A stretch of DNA of 64,000 nucleotides from Balanoglossus misakiensis (taxonomy: Eukaryota; Animalia; Hemichordata), in the NCBI GenBank assembly GCA_040954595.2, contig CM082592.2:1302001-1366000 (forward strand), given 5' to 3'. Below the pieces are notes generated by a model. It was not told the origin of the DNA and did not search any database. It worked only from the letters and a program-made list of their open reading frames with translations. Position 1 is the first letter of the stretch. The number at the start of each line of letters is the position of its first letter. Below are positions 12,467-25,632 of the stretch, in pieces. The position numbers and the translations under genes are program-made.

Positions 12467-14826
12467 TAGTGGAGCGGCCAAACCCCAATTTTCATAGCGA
12501 TTGTGCATTTTGTGATAAAAGCACCAAACTTGGCTCAGATGTGTGTTACTGTGTACTAAGCAGATTCAGATAGCGAGCCACTTAATATCTGTTAACGGGT
12601 AGCCATGGCAACCATTTTTCAAAATGGCCGCCACTACATTAATCTTTCCCACAAAATAACGACTAAAGAACACCAAGGTAATTTCAGATTATGATATTTG
12701 AAACCAGAAACTATAGAAAGGGTGATTTGCAAAGTATTTGTGGTCACCGAAATAGTTATAAATACAGAATAAAGGATAAAACACAGTTTAATGTCTACAG
12801 TGGAGCGGCATAACAGATCGATTGTGGATTTTGTGATAAAAGCACCAAACTTGGCTCAGATGTGCGTTAATGTGTACTAAACAAATTCAGATAGCGAGCC
12901 ACAATATCTGTTGAGGAGTTTCCATGGCAACCATTTTTTTATTTTTTTCAAAATGGCCGCCAATACAGATAATCTCACCCACAAATTAACAATGATAAAA
13001 CACCAAAATAAATTCACATTACAATATTTGAAACAAAAAACTGCTCAAAGAGTAATTTTCAAAATATTTATCATCACTAAACTAGTTATAGGGGTAAATA
13101 CAGGATCGAGATTCAGACACTGTATAACCATATATATTTTATAATAGTGGCCTGGCATAAACAACATTTTCATAACATTTGGGCATTTTGTGATAAAAGT
13201 TTAACAAGTAAAGCTCAGTTGATTCGTTATTTTCCCCATAAAAATATCTTTGATGAACAAAATTCCAAATTTAGTCAACCCAGGGAAAAAACGGCATGCT
13301 GTTTCTCAACCTTATAAATTGATCTGACCAGTTTGAATCAGTGCAGAATCTAGATTTTCTATTTAACTTCATCAAATGATTTATGCAAATAAAGAATTAC
13401 TTCCCCATGAAATGGTGGCAGAAAGCCAGTATCATGACAGTCGATTGGTTTGTTAAAGTTACTATTATTTTTGAACCCCCAAAATCTAAGAATAAAATGA
13501 TAAAGTAAAAATAAGCTTCAAAACACCAAAAGTCTTCAGGATCACAGCTTTTCTGTAAAGAGTAAGATTTCGCTTACTTCATGCTATTAAATGAAATGAA
13601 ATTTTCCGTAATATCTCTTGCAAAGTCAGATCTTTACACATTGAGATATTAGAATGGTAGTACATTCCAAGTGACTTGTTGGGAGCATTGGGCCACCTAA
13701 TCCCAGAAAATTGCAATAAGACCTGTTTTTTTCATTTACCAATCTAAAGGCCAACTGCTTGTATATTTAGTTGGATTTCTATAATTAACACACATTTTTG
13801 ACAATATTTATGGCATGATGAACACTATTCTCGACAAATAAAATAATGTTGTGTCCTCCGGTGTAATTTTTATGAGTTTGGAATCATAGACACCATTTAT
13901 CTTTTGGTCAACTCTGTTAACAGTCACCAAAATTGCTGGAGTCGAACTGATACATGATCTAAAGTATCAAGACATATGGTCGATTATTAACGTTTCAGCA
14001 ATTCGACTTAAGTTTCTTTAATTTCCTATGGCATTTTGAAAAACATCAACGCCCCGAAAAAATGTTGTCATCGCTGCGGTCGCGATTGTGGTCGAAACAA
14101 AGCCGACATTTTCTCATGGTTCGTTACCTGGGGTCCATTTAGATTGCATTGCGTTTGATGCCCTATGTGTATGTCTGTCGACCAATAAACGCGACGACCG
14201 CGGACTCAGTTTGGATTAACGTCTATTTCGGGCAGTGGACTCTCCTATCAAGTTGATAAGGAAATTTTACCAGTCACGAGTAAGCCAAGCCCACATCCGT
14301 GTGCAATTCGAATATATCGGTGATCTGTTTATATGATTATCATCAGCTAAGGTGGTAAACTGTTGTGATTCATATGTGTAATTTACGTACTGCAAGTTAA
14401 ATATCGCAATTAGCCTAATGTTTGACCATAGACAGTATATGGTTTGACTTCTAGAGGAGCACCTATTAATCCGAGAACAAAGGGATTATAAGGTGCGCCT
14501 TTAAATTGTGTTTTGATAACTTACTTACCCCTTTAAGTAGTTTAGTAACCATAATATCTTTGCAAATCATTCTTTCCACAGTTCCTTGTATCAAATATAG
14601 TAATCTAAATTTATTTTGGTGTTTACAGATGTTATTTGGTGGGTGAAATTATCTGTATTGGTGGCCATTTTGAAAAATTGGTTGCCATGGAAACTCATCA
14701 ACAGATATTTAGTGGCTCGCTATCTGAATTTGTTTAGTACACATTAACACACATCTGAGCCAAGTTTGGTGCTTTTATCACAAAATGCACAATCGCTATG
14801 AAAACTAGGGTTTGGCCGCTCCACTA
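12467..14826. mobile_element. Non-autonomous DNA transposon with long TIRs (Academ-like, TAG...CTA) inserted in the LINE endonuclease
   Basis: TIR over 200 bp starting TAGTGGAGCGGCCAAACCC; 3-bp TSD AAA; excision restores WRKTLNCVKVKRYNDSRIIGIEI. A second copy of the left end lies at about 12798-13090. Confidence 0.85.
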
Positions 14827-16409
14827 AAACTCTTAATTGTGTTAAAGTTAAACGCTACAATGACAGTCGCATTATTGGTATTGAAATTTCGCATTCAAGA
14901 GGTATGCTTACAATTTTGAATGTGTATTTACCTACAGCTTGTAGAGATAATTATCACCTGTTTGAAGAATACCTTGCTAAAATACGTAGCCATATTGATG
15001 AATCTCCATCTAACAGTGTGTTAGTTATTGGTGATTGGAACGCTGACATCAACTCTGAGTTTGGTGACGCAGTCGAATCTTTTTGTGATTCAAATAGTTT
15101 AATATGCTCCGACTTTAAACTTTTGGGTAAGAATAAGCAGAATTTTACATTTTATAGTGAGGAACATCACATGACATCCTGTCGGCCAGATGGCATATGT
15201 GCTGAACATTTGAAGTTTGCTCATACTCGTTTACATATTCTTCTGTCGATTATGTTTACAGCTGCACATATTCATGGATAACTACCCCCTAGTATGATGG
15301 ACACCATTCTTATTCCACTCGTCAAAAATAAAAACGGTGACGTTACAGACTCTAGGAATTATCGCCCAATAGCGATTGCCACTGCAATTTCTAAAATGTA
15401 CGAAATTATTATACTTGACAAATGTGACAGTATGCTCTATACCAGTGATCATCAATTTGGTTTTAAGAAAGATCACTCCTCTGATATGTGTGTGTTTCTA
15501 CTGAAAGAAATTATAGACTTCTACAAGCGTCATAACACCCCTGTTTATCTTTAGTTTCTTGATGCATCTAAAGCATTTGACAAAGTGAATCACTGGACAT
15601 TAATTCGCAAGCTGATTGACAGATCTATTCCAAAATTTGTAATTCGTATCTTAGTGTATTGGTATGTACATCAAGAGTTTGTTGTTCGGTGGGGTACAGT
15701 TCTTTCTGAGAGTTTTAATACTCGTAATGGTGTAAGACAGGGGAGCATACTTTCCCCGCGTCTGTTTTCAGTTTATGTCGACAAGCTTAGTGACTTACTT
15801 GTCAAAAAAAATATTGGGTGTCATCTTGGTGGTAAATGTATGAACCATCTGTTATATGCATATAAAGGAATTAATAATCTCTTAAATGTGTGCACCCATT
15901 ATGCAAATGATCATGATATTGTTTTTAATGCAATTAAATCTAAATGTCTTTGTATTCTTCCTAAAAAGTTTAATAATTTGAAGATCCCACATGTGTATTT
16001 GTATGGGGAGAAGCTGTTGTTTGTGAACAAGCACTCTTACCTGGGGGTTATTTTTAATACCAATGGAGACGATAGCGACGATATAAAACGTCAAATGAGG
16101 CTTTTTATGCCAGAGCCAACTCGTTAATACGTAATTTTTGGAATTGTACTTATAAAGTCAAAATTCGTTTATTTCAAGCTTTTTGTTCATCTATGTATTG
16201 CTCCCACCTTTGGAGTATTTTTAATATTTATTGCTTAATTGATGTCCGAGTTGCATACAACAACGGCTATAGGATATTGTTAGGGATCAACAGAAGGATT
16301 AGTATTTCTAATACCTTTGTTCATAGCAATATTTTAACATTTGATTGTAAACAGCGTACTCTGCGCTCAAAATTTTATCTTAGGTTGTGGAAGAGCAAGA
16401 ACTATCTTA

Positions 16410-17916
16410 CTACCGATTTCAAAATACCTTGGAAATTCTTTGTCCTCTGGTGATAAAATAAACGTCTTTTGTAACAAAAAGAAACGATTGTACTGCATAC
16501 CACAATCGTAAATTTTGCAACAATTTACCAGTAGTAGACAAAGAGGCGCCTCCCATCCTAATTGCGCAGTTGAAGTAGTGAGTGCGTGTTGAGAGAGACG
16601 TGAACAGAAAGGGGTGGAAGATTCGAGCACGGACGACGAGAGTTGTTTAGCGTGTCGATGCTGCTCTACGAAGCTCGTAGTTACCTTCTGACCGGGACAT
16701 TTGCGCTTAAACGGACTGGGTTCCTTCCGATGGGTTCTTGCCGATTGCCGCACGCCGTCGGGTATGAAAGTGTAGGCGGAGACGTCGATCCACCGGCCGG
16801 CAGCACTGCTCCCAACAGTTTCACGCCACTTTGAGCTGCACCGCGGTCTGATATCCCACCCCGGCTGCCGGACAGCATATGAAGGTGTCTGGTGCCTTTT
16901 TTAGTCAAAGTGTACACGTTTAAAACTTTGGGGTTTTCGGAATAGAAATAGCGGAACAAGAACATGGATTTATACTAATCATGAACGCCAAACAAACGTT
17001 GAAAAAGCCAGATCTGAAAGAAAAAAATCCGCTTGGCGCGATGACGCGCCGACGTTATTTTTCAAACAATGTAGCCTGTCACGCTGAGTTCATATATTTT
17101 GCTGCCACAAACAAGTTCATGCGTTCTCAAGCGGCCGGGTGATCGCTGCAAGGTTAGCGGCGGCCTCGCACGCCCGAATTTGCCACAAAACTATCAGTCC
17201 CTACAGTGATGCGGTTCAAACTCTTCCGTTGTATTTCATTTCAACAACACAAATTCAGAATACAACACGGCAGTTTGGTACGTCGTCTCTATACCCTACA
17301 CCGCTAATTCTCATCTCAATCGTCTCTCTTCGCAATACGTCGATTCTCTAAAAGAAAGTTCAACAGACGGGATACAGTGCAACCCGCGGAACAAGCAATT
17401 CACGTCTCTGCTTCAAAGGAATATACCGACCTGAAGTGGGGGGAACTCAGTCCGTTCAAGCGTAAATGTCCCGGTCGGAAGGTAACACGCTAAACAACTC
17501 TCGTCGTTTGCAACACGCCATTTTTTCCAAGTCCACGTTTGGTCGGACAAACGATTTCTGACGGTTCGACAGACGGTGGGTATAGACACGTCTGCTTGCG
17601 AAAATTCCGCCAATTTTTGTTGAATTTCTTCGTATGAAATCGAAGGAGTTTGTCGTTTTAAATACTCGATATATTGCTCTTCATCATTAGGAAGTTTCCT
17701 TGGTTGTCAGTGCAAAACATCCTCATACAAGGTTCAGAGTAGACTACAGACAATCTCACAGTGGGATTACGAACGTTTGAAACGGTAACTTTGTTGCAAA
17801 ATAAACAAAGTGCGGTATTCAGTTTCATGAACTTAGACGTTTTTTTTCTTATCATGGGAGACGTTTATTGTAACACTCGAACACAAAGAATTTCCAAGGT
17901 ATTTTGAAATCGGTAG
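16410..17916. mobile_element. TA-flanked non-autonomous DNA transposon in the LINE ORF2 C-terminus
   Basis: Perfect 34-bp TIR CTACCGATTTCAAAATACCTTGGAAATTCTTTGT with TA duplication; excision restores KNYLIVAGINP...FLDCI*. Internal inverted repeat at about 16630-16720 and 17445-17506. Confidence 0.88.
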
Positions 17917-18118
17917 TATTGTCGCGGGTATCAACCCTTTTATTATGTATCATAGTAAGTTTTGGAAGAGATTCTTTCTTGACTGCATTTGAATTTTTAG
18001 ACTTTCTAACTTTCCTTACTGTATTTTAATGTCTCTCAATGTATGGTGTTTTATTTTTTTTATTTTTTTATTTATTTATTTATTTAATGTCTGTGTGTTG
18101 GCTGTAGTTTTGTATATA

Positions 18119-18201
18119 CAGTGGAACACCGATTATCCGAACACCAATTATCCGAATTTCGGATTATCCGAACGCTTTGGTACGGTCCCGGGTACGGTCC
18201 C
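18119..18201 (+). mobile_element. Truncated pogo/Tigger-like (Tc1/mariner) left end in the LINE 3' UTR
   Basis: TA followed by CAGTGGAACACCGATTATCCGAA, with three repeats of ATTATCCGAA; no matching right end seen. Confidence 0.6.
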
Positions 18202-19252
18202 TGAACATTTAATTAGCCATGCCTTTACTTGTCCTTTTTTATATTAGCTGGCTCTCGATAATAAATAAATAATAATAATAACAAAGTAACTTTCTTGTAA
18301 ATCATGCAGGAGTTACCGGTAATAGTCTCACTCCTAGAATTGTTCAACTGAACTGAAGTGGGAGTCCAAATACAGAATTCTTATTAAATCATATCAAATC
18401 TGCCCGCGTGAGCCCTGTACAAAATCACTATTGCTCTTAGCTCAAGCTGTGAATAGAAATTTACAATACTGATAGCCCAAGCTGAGAAATTGAGCAAAGC
18501 ATGGAATCCGTCAAATATGTGTGAACTAACCCGCATGGTTGAAGTTCTCAGACTCACAAGTTTAGGTGTATGACAAATGCATTTCCACAGAGTTTATAAT
18601 ACTCAATAAAGGCCGAACCAAAATAGATCTCATTACAATGGCCCACTTTTGGTTAAAACCTTGTGTATAGCACCGTGCATTCAGGCATTTTCCGCTCCCC
18701 TGTCCATCAAGCAAGTCATAGTCTGAGACTATGGCTCGCTTGATTTTGATGTACCTTCCTCTAAACATAGGTCTGTATACGAACAGAGTGGAGTTGGTTT
18801 ACAGTTTACTAGTATTTAAGCATGTTTCAAGAAGTCAAACAGCAGAAACAACTTTTCGTGTCGAACATAAAATTACTAAAAATGGCCAATTGGGAGCGAG
18901 TTTGTCTTAACCTACAACAGCAAAATCACAGTTCAATGCATAGAAAGAAACTAAACATGCGCCTAAAGGGCAATGGCTGAGGGTGACAATACTGCCATAA
19001 ACCGTGAAAATGATAAACCTTGAAAATACAGAAATTCAACAAATAATAAGCATTATCTATTTTTATAAATATGTAATAAGCTATTTTTATTGATATAGAT
19101 AAGACGTAGAATGGTCGCATCTACATGTACATTCTTTGTTCACTAAGGCCTTATCGCCCATCACGCATGCAGACGAGATTTTCTCTCCCGAGACGGCAGC
19201 ATCGTTAGAAACCAAACCAAACACATCTCGTATAATGTCAGGCCTCTTGGAC

Positions 19253-19352
19253 TAGTCTCGGTGGGCCAGTCCATCTGGTGGGGGTCGCTGCGCTTCTCGG
19301 TTGTGAGTCAAGTTCAATGACCCCCAGTAGAGAGGCCTGGTCACCGAGACTA
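19253..19352. mobile_element. 100-bp hairpin element TAGTCTCGGTG...CACCGAGACTA (CryptonV-like)
   Basis: Self-complementary ends with an inner stem ctggtgggggtc / gacccccagtag; same termini as 50270-51113. Confidence 0.6.
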
Positions 19353-19956
19353 TTACTAGTAGTCTAGTGCCTGGTCTTCTTATGCCCGCTTTGCTTCAAA
19401 CCTAGCAGCCAGCCTTATCCATGCCACTGGCCAAATAAAGCCATAACCCTTGCTGAAATTTGGGATGTATGTAGCGGCCCTTGAAGTCAGTCACATATCT
19501 CCAATAAATTGACAATTGTATGCATAGGCCCTACGTATAATTAAAAGCTACTTAACATTTTCATATGTAGCTCTGCCTTCACTATTCATCTTCACCCAAT
19601 TCAACTGCTCAGTTTTTGTGCTTGACATCAAATGTCATATCGTCCTTGTCAGTTGTGTGTAGATATGCAAACGGGGGTTCGGCTGTCTGACCGTGATGTT
19701 GTTTGTGTACAAAAGAAATTCGCCGTGAAGAGAACTTCAGTGAACTGTTCGCGTATGGCGGGCATTTTCCATGTAGGCGATAGTTGGGAAACCGAGTGTT
19801 TGTAAGAAGTAAACGTTAAAACCTTCAAAGATATTGTTCGGAATTTTGAGAACACGCACACAAGCGTAAAGTGTGCAGGAAATTTATGTTTCCGTGGGTT
19901 TTGCACGATGTGCAGTGTTTATTGGGGGAAACTGGCGTTCAATGAATACACAAGAA

Positions 19957-22152
19957 AGAAAGAAATTTCGTAATGTGTTTTAATAACACGCGTGTATCTA
20001 TTATCGACTACGCTCATTTACAAAATGGCGAATATGCTAGAAAAAAAGGGAAATTGCAGTATCTCTTATGTATAAATGGCTAGCGGCCCTCAACTTCAGG
20101 TTATACACAGGAAACATCAGAGAAAAAATTAGTTTTTCTTGTTTTTCTAACGTTTTTTATAACGATGAAAAGAGTCAACAAAAAGCCAATGAGCGTGGAC
20201 GACAATTAATTACGATTACGTTGTGCTCAGACACCCTTGCAATACGTTGTTCGGCGAAAATACATATATTGCGTAACCCTATCATGCAAGTGCTAGTGGA
20301 GAAACGGACGTTAGCGAGAACAGTTTGGCCTGGGATAATGTTTCCCATTAGTCGCTAAGCAAAAGCGTTGATTGCTTACCTTAAACTGCTAAAGTTTCCT
20401 AATGATGCGTCCCGTCAGATACTGCAGCGATGTCCTCTCTGCGCGCACACAATTAACGCAATGCCAATCAAGTCACATGCACTTGGCTGATATCTAATCT
20501 GTTCACTTGTTGTTTACCTTGGTAATTTAAATGGTAAATTAACATAATACATTGTTTGCTGCTGCTCACGCGGTGGCATGATATATTATTTTATCACACA
20601 TGCAACGCCTGTATTTGACATCGTGGAATTGCTCACAGTGAAGATATTACGAGCCCGTGTTCTGACCAGTGGAAACACGGAAAGGGGTTTTCACTGTGGG
20701 CCCTGAACTATTTTTGAAAACGCGCTAAATCATCACACTGACTTTTTTATCATAAATGCAACGCCCGCATTTGACATTGTGCTATGTCTCACAGTGAAGA
20801 TATGAGGTAGTATTTTCACTAGTGAAAATCGAGAAAAGTATTGTACTGCATGCCCGGAACTATTTTGAGAACGCGCTAAATCATCACACTAACAGTGTTG
20901 GTATACTTATGCATCTTATTCAGTGAGTCGGCAATGCCTTTTCAACGTTAAAATGTTTATTGACGAAGGTTTTCTACTCTAAACAATTCAGCAACATGCT
21001 AGGATATCTGTTCAAGTTTAGAAAGAAATTTCGTAATGTGTTTTAATAACACGCGTTCATCTATTTTCGTCTACGCTCATTTACAGCATGGCGAATAAGC
21101 TAGAAAAAAGTGAAATTGCAGTATCTCTTATGTATAAACGGCTACCTGACCTCAACTACAGGTTATATTCGGGAAACATCAGAGAAAAATTGCGTTTTTC
21201 TTGTTAATTTCTAACGTTTTTACAACACTGAAAAGAGTCAGCAAAAAGCAATTGAGCGTGGACGACATTGATGAGCGCGTTTTAAATGCAGTATAGGCAA
21301 AGTCGCATAAATTTAAGAGATGAAGGATTGTGACGATTACGTTGTGCTAAGATGCCCTTGCGATACGTTGTTCGGCAAAAATACCTATCCTTACATATAT
21401 TGCGTAACCCGACCATACAAGTCCTAGCGGAGAAACGGACGTTATCGAGAACAGATAGGCCTTGGACAATGTTTCCCAATAGTCGCCAAGCAAAGGTGAC
21501 GATTGCTTACCTTAAACTGCTAAAGTGTCCTAATGATGCGTCCCGTCAGATAAGGCCGTACTACAGCGATGTCCTCTCTGCGCGCACGCAATGAACCCAA
21601 TACCAATCAAGTCACATGCACTTGGCTGATATCTAATCTGTTCACTTGTTGTAGACCTTGGTGATTCAAATGGTAAATTAACATAATACATTGTTTGCTT
21701 CTGCTCACGTGGTGGAATGATATATTATTTTATCACACATGCAACGCCTGTATTTGACATCGTGGAATTGCTCACTGTGAAGATATTATGAGCCCGTGTT
21801 CTGACCAGTGGAAACACGGAAAGGGGTTTTCACTGTGTGCCTACTATTTTTGAAAACGCGCTAAATCATCACACTTTTTATCATAAATGCAGCGCCTGCA
21901 TTTGACATTGTGCTAATAATTTATCATGGTGAAGATATCGGCCCGTATTTTCACTAGTGAAAATCGAGAAAATGGATTTACTGCGCGCCCGGAACTATCT
22001 TGAGAACGCGCTAAATCATCACACTAACTGTATTGGTACTCATGCATCTTATTCAGTGAGTCGGCAATGTCTTTTCAACGTTTAAATGTTAATTGACGAA
22101 GGTTTTCTACTCTAAACAATTCAGCAACATGCTAGGGTATCTGTTCAAGTTT
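19957..22152. repeat. Two-copy tandem repeat (about 1.06 and 1.13 kb) with internal subrepeats of about 180 bp
   Basis: Both units start AGAAAGAAATTTCGTAATGTGTTTTAATAACACGCG (19957, 21019) and end TATCTGTTCAAGTTT. Confidence 0.92.
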
Positions 22153-22154
22153 GA

Positions 22155-22428
22155 TTTAAGTTGCAAGCAGCGTTGGCGGAGCACAACCGGTTTACATGGT
22201 AACCAGCGAATCCCAAAGCTGTATCTGCTGTTGATACCAAGATATGGGAAAGTTGGTCAAAGGTCACCTGAGTTCACCCAAATTTGGGCAAAAAAATTTG
22301 ACACCATACTTGTCCATAACCAACAAAATCCAAACCCGAATTTCTCGGAAGAAGAAGAAGACGGAATAAAGAAAAATTCCAACAATACCAATATGGGCAC
22401 AAGCCCGATAGGTTTGTGCCCCTAATTA
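22155..22428 (-). mobile_element. Short Helentron/Helitron2-like non-autonomous element
   Basis: Terminal hairpin GGGCACAAGCCCGATAGGTTTGTGCCC followed by CTAATT; other end reads GCTGCTTGCAACTTAA on the minus strand; homologous to 61686-61829. Confidence 0.6.
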
Positions 22429-25400
22429 ATACAAGATTTTACATTTCTTGCGTCCATAATTCACATGCTTTTACACAATGTATCTCTGCAACGACATCAC
22501 ATCATGACAGCTTTTCCCCACACAGATTTAGACGTGGTGGGTATGGCCGATTTGCCTCAAATTGGCCATTCACACCACGTCTATTAAAGCCTCAGTATTT
22601 CTCGTAGGGGCAAAATTTTGTTTGAAACGGCATCTATAATTTCTAAAAGTAGATGATAATTGATACTGAATCGAACAGTCATCATCCCCAGCTCTGCTCA
22701 TAAACTCATACAATTTACAATATAACGAGTGAAGAATGACTTTCTGTCCGGACAGAAAGTCACGTGAGTGTTGACACACGTGACTAGTGCGCATGCGCAC
22801 TCAAATGTGAATCTATGCGGAAGAGGTTTGGTCGCCCCAAATCAAGCGACTCAGCGAAGAAATGCGCACTAATTCGGCGAAATTTTGGGAAGATAACTTT
22901 ATGGGAGAAATCAGTCGATGGAACCAGATCAAATCCGAAAATGGTCTTACCATCAAAATGTCAAAGTGGCACGTTTGCTGATCGACATGTACAACATTTC
23001 CATTGTAAACAAACCCGCGCATCATTTCAAGTGTTACGGGCAATATTTACAGCTTGCACGTAGCTACAGGTGCCCAAACCTTTCTTCTATCTTCATTATG
23101 TAGTATTCCATGATGAATGTACAGGAAAAACGGGCATTTTTCGATGATGAAAAATGGATACACACGAGAAATACTGGGGCTTTAATATTCGGGGGCGTCT
23201 TACGTAACCGTCGAACGTGCAGTATGGTCGAAGGTTGCTTCACTTTACCTCCCTCCATCTCCACTGATGGTACCAAGAAGGTGTGGAGATCAACTTATTG
23301 GAAATGGGTGTTGGTTTGGGCCTTTATAGAGCCAAAATTGGAGTGTTTGCAGGCGGTGACCCAGCTCATCAACAAAAGCTACCAAAGATGGCCGCTCTCA
23401 TTATTCCACTAATGGACTGTCAGCTGTCGTGTCCATCAAAATCTACCTGGTCGCCCTACTGGTCATGTACAGCAACATTGAAACAAATCCCGGACCAAAA
23501 CTTCGATCAGCGGGTACTTCTACAGAGACAGGTACTGAGCCAGCTACAAAAGCAGACGTTTCTGACATTGGCAAGAAACTCGACAAGCCTATACAGCAGT
23601 CTGAACGTGTACAACAAAAGCTCGAACTACTCCAGACGAGAATGGATAGTATGGAAGACGACATTTCAGGTTTTCGGGAACAACTACAAGAGAACTCATC
23701 CAAACTGACTTGCTTTGAATCAAATAATGAATCTTTAAATGAAATCAAAATGACAATGAAATAAATCAGGAAAGAAAACATCGATTTAAGAAGAGCGAAC
23801 GATGACTTGGAAAATCGTGGAAAACGAAATAACCTAATTTTCTATGGTGTCCATCAAGACAATCCGAACGAAAGCTGGGAAACATCAGAGGAGAAGATCA
23901 AGACGATACTGAAAAATACTCTAGGGATAGACGAAGAACCTGAATTTGAAAGGATCCATCGAATTTCCAACGGTCCGGTCGTGCGAGGAGCGAAGCCAAT
24001 TATCGCCATGTTTGTAAAGTTTACAGACAAAGCTACCGTTCTTTCGCAAGCCAAACACCTCAAAGTTTCTAATATCAGCATTGGGGAAGACTTTTCGAGA
24101 CCCATCCGTGATATTCGATCAAAACTACTCGCATTTCGGAAATCGCTACGTGAAGATACACCCGCGTTTAAGCTCCATCTACGCTATGACAAGCTGATCG
24201 CCATTGACCCTAACGGTAAGAAATATGTGTATACTGTAAATGAAACAACAGGAACAGTTCATTTAGTCCATCAGCGATAGGGATGTGGCCAAGGCCCGAC
24301 AAGGTGTAATTTATTAATATTGCTATGGAATATCCGAGGTTTAAAATCAAAACTGTGTAACGAAGTGTTTATTTCTTTTTGTTCAAATTATGATGTAGTT
24401 GGCTTACGTGAAACATTCTGTACATCTGTTGATAATGATAACTTTCTGAAAGATTACATCGTTTACTCTTCCCCTGCCACAAAATTGCACACTAAAGGAC
24501 GCCCAAGTGGTGGCGCCGCATTGTATATAAGGAAATCCATTGCAGATATTCTCTGAAATTGAAACGGATCTAAATAATTGTGTTTTTGTACATCTCGATA
24601 AAAGTCCTTTTCAATTTGATAAAGATTTGGTAATTGCTTGTTGCTTCTTCAAACCTGATGGTATCTGTGACAACTTAGTACTTTTAGAAAACCAGTTAGT
24701 TAAATTATATTGTACATATACGGATAGCTATTTTATTGTCGGAGGTGATTTAAATGCCAGGACTGGCTCTGAGAATGACTTCATTTATGATGATTCCACT
24801 GACCATTTGCCTTTTGATGACTCTGTGTATAAACCATCCCACTTTCAGTGGCCCAGAAATTCCAAAGACCCAGTTTTAAATGAACCTGGCCAATATTTGC
24901 TGAACATCTGCAAGAATTTTGATTTACATATTGTCAATGGCAGAACAGCCAATGACAAGACAGGAAACATCACATGTGTTACTGCGAATGGGTACAGTAC
25001 TGTTGATTATGTAATTATTTCTGCGCAATTGTTTTCTTTTTTGAATAACTTTGAGGTTCTTTCCAGAATCGATTCTGATCACTTTCCCATTGTATGTAAG
25101 CTAGAATGTTTAAATTTTACGAGTAACCGTACAAGGAAATGCTCTGATGGCAACATCTCCAGCTATGTGCGTTATCGTATGTCCCAGAAATGTAAAAAAT
25201 CCTTCAGGGAGAAGCTGAACTCCACACGAGTATTGGATATTTTTGAAATTTTACAACAGAGCATTCAAAACACATCTTATGTAATTTTCAAACTAGATGA
25301 AGCTCTTAAGATTGCAGGTTCTGATGGCTGCCAACAATACACATCACGTAATACTCAAAGGGCAAAGCAGCCATCTTGGTTTGATACAACACGCGAAAAA

Positions 25401-25632
25401 GCAAAGCGTTGTGCGCATGACAAGCTGAAGTTATTCAGACAAAGTTCCACTGTAGAATCTTTAAATGATTACAAGATTGCTCGAAAGCATTTTAAACAGA
25501 TATGTAAACTTTCAAAGAAAACAATCTAGGATTCTATTCGAAAAAGTATTCACGAGGCTGCCGTTAATAACTCTGGAGAGTTTTTGTCAATGTTAAAATC
25601 TTTATTGAAATGTAAAGGCAATAGTGCCGATC

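Larger units (their letters stand above)
10331..18282 (+). mobile_element. Near full-length, dead non-LTR retrotransposon (ORF1 plus APE-RT ORF2; Proto2/RTE-X-like), interrupted by four insertions
   Basis: ORF1 10360-11330 and 12111 onward (Cys-rich N-terminus, IINELLCFIVNK, RRM-like FVSRL). APE: SYNCRGL, GRPYGGVAVLW, NVYLP, IGDWNA. RT: NYRPIA, QFGFK, FLDASKAFD, GVRQGSILSP. (AAT)n tail at about 18260-18282. Clade assignment is inference. Confidence 0.88.
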
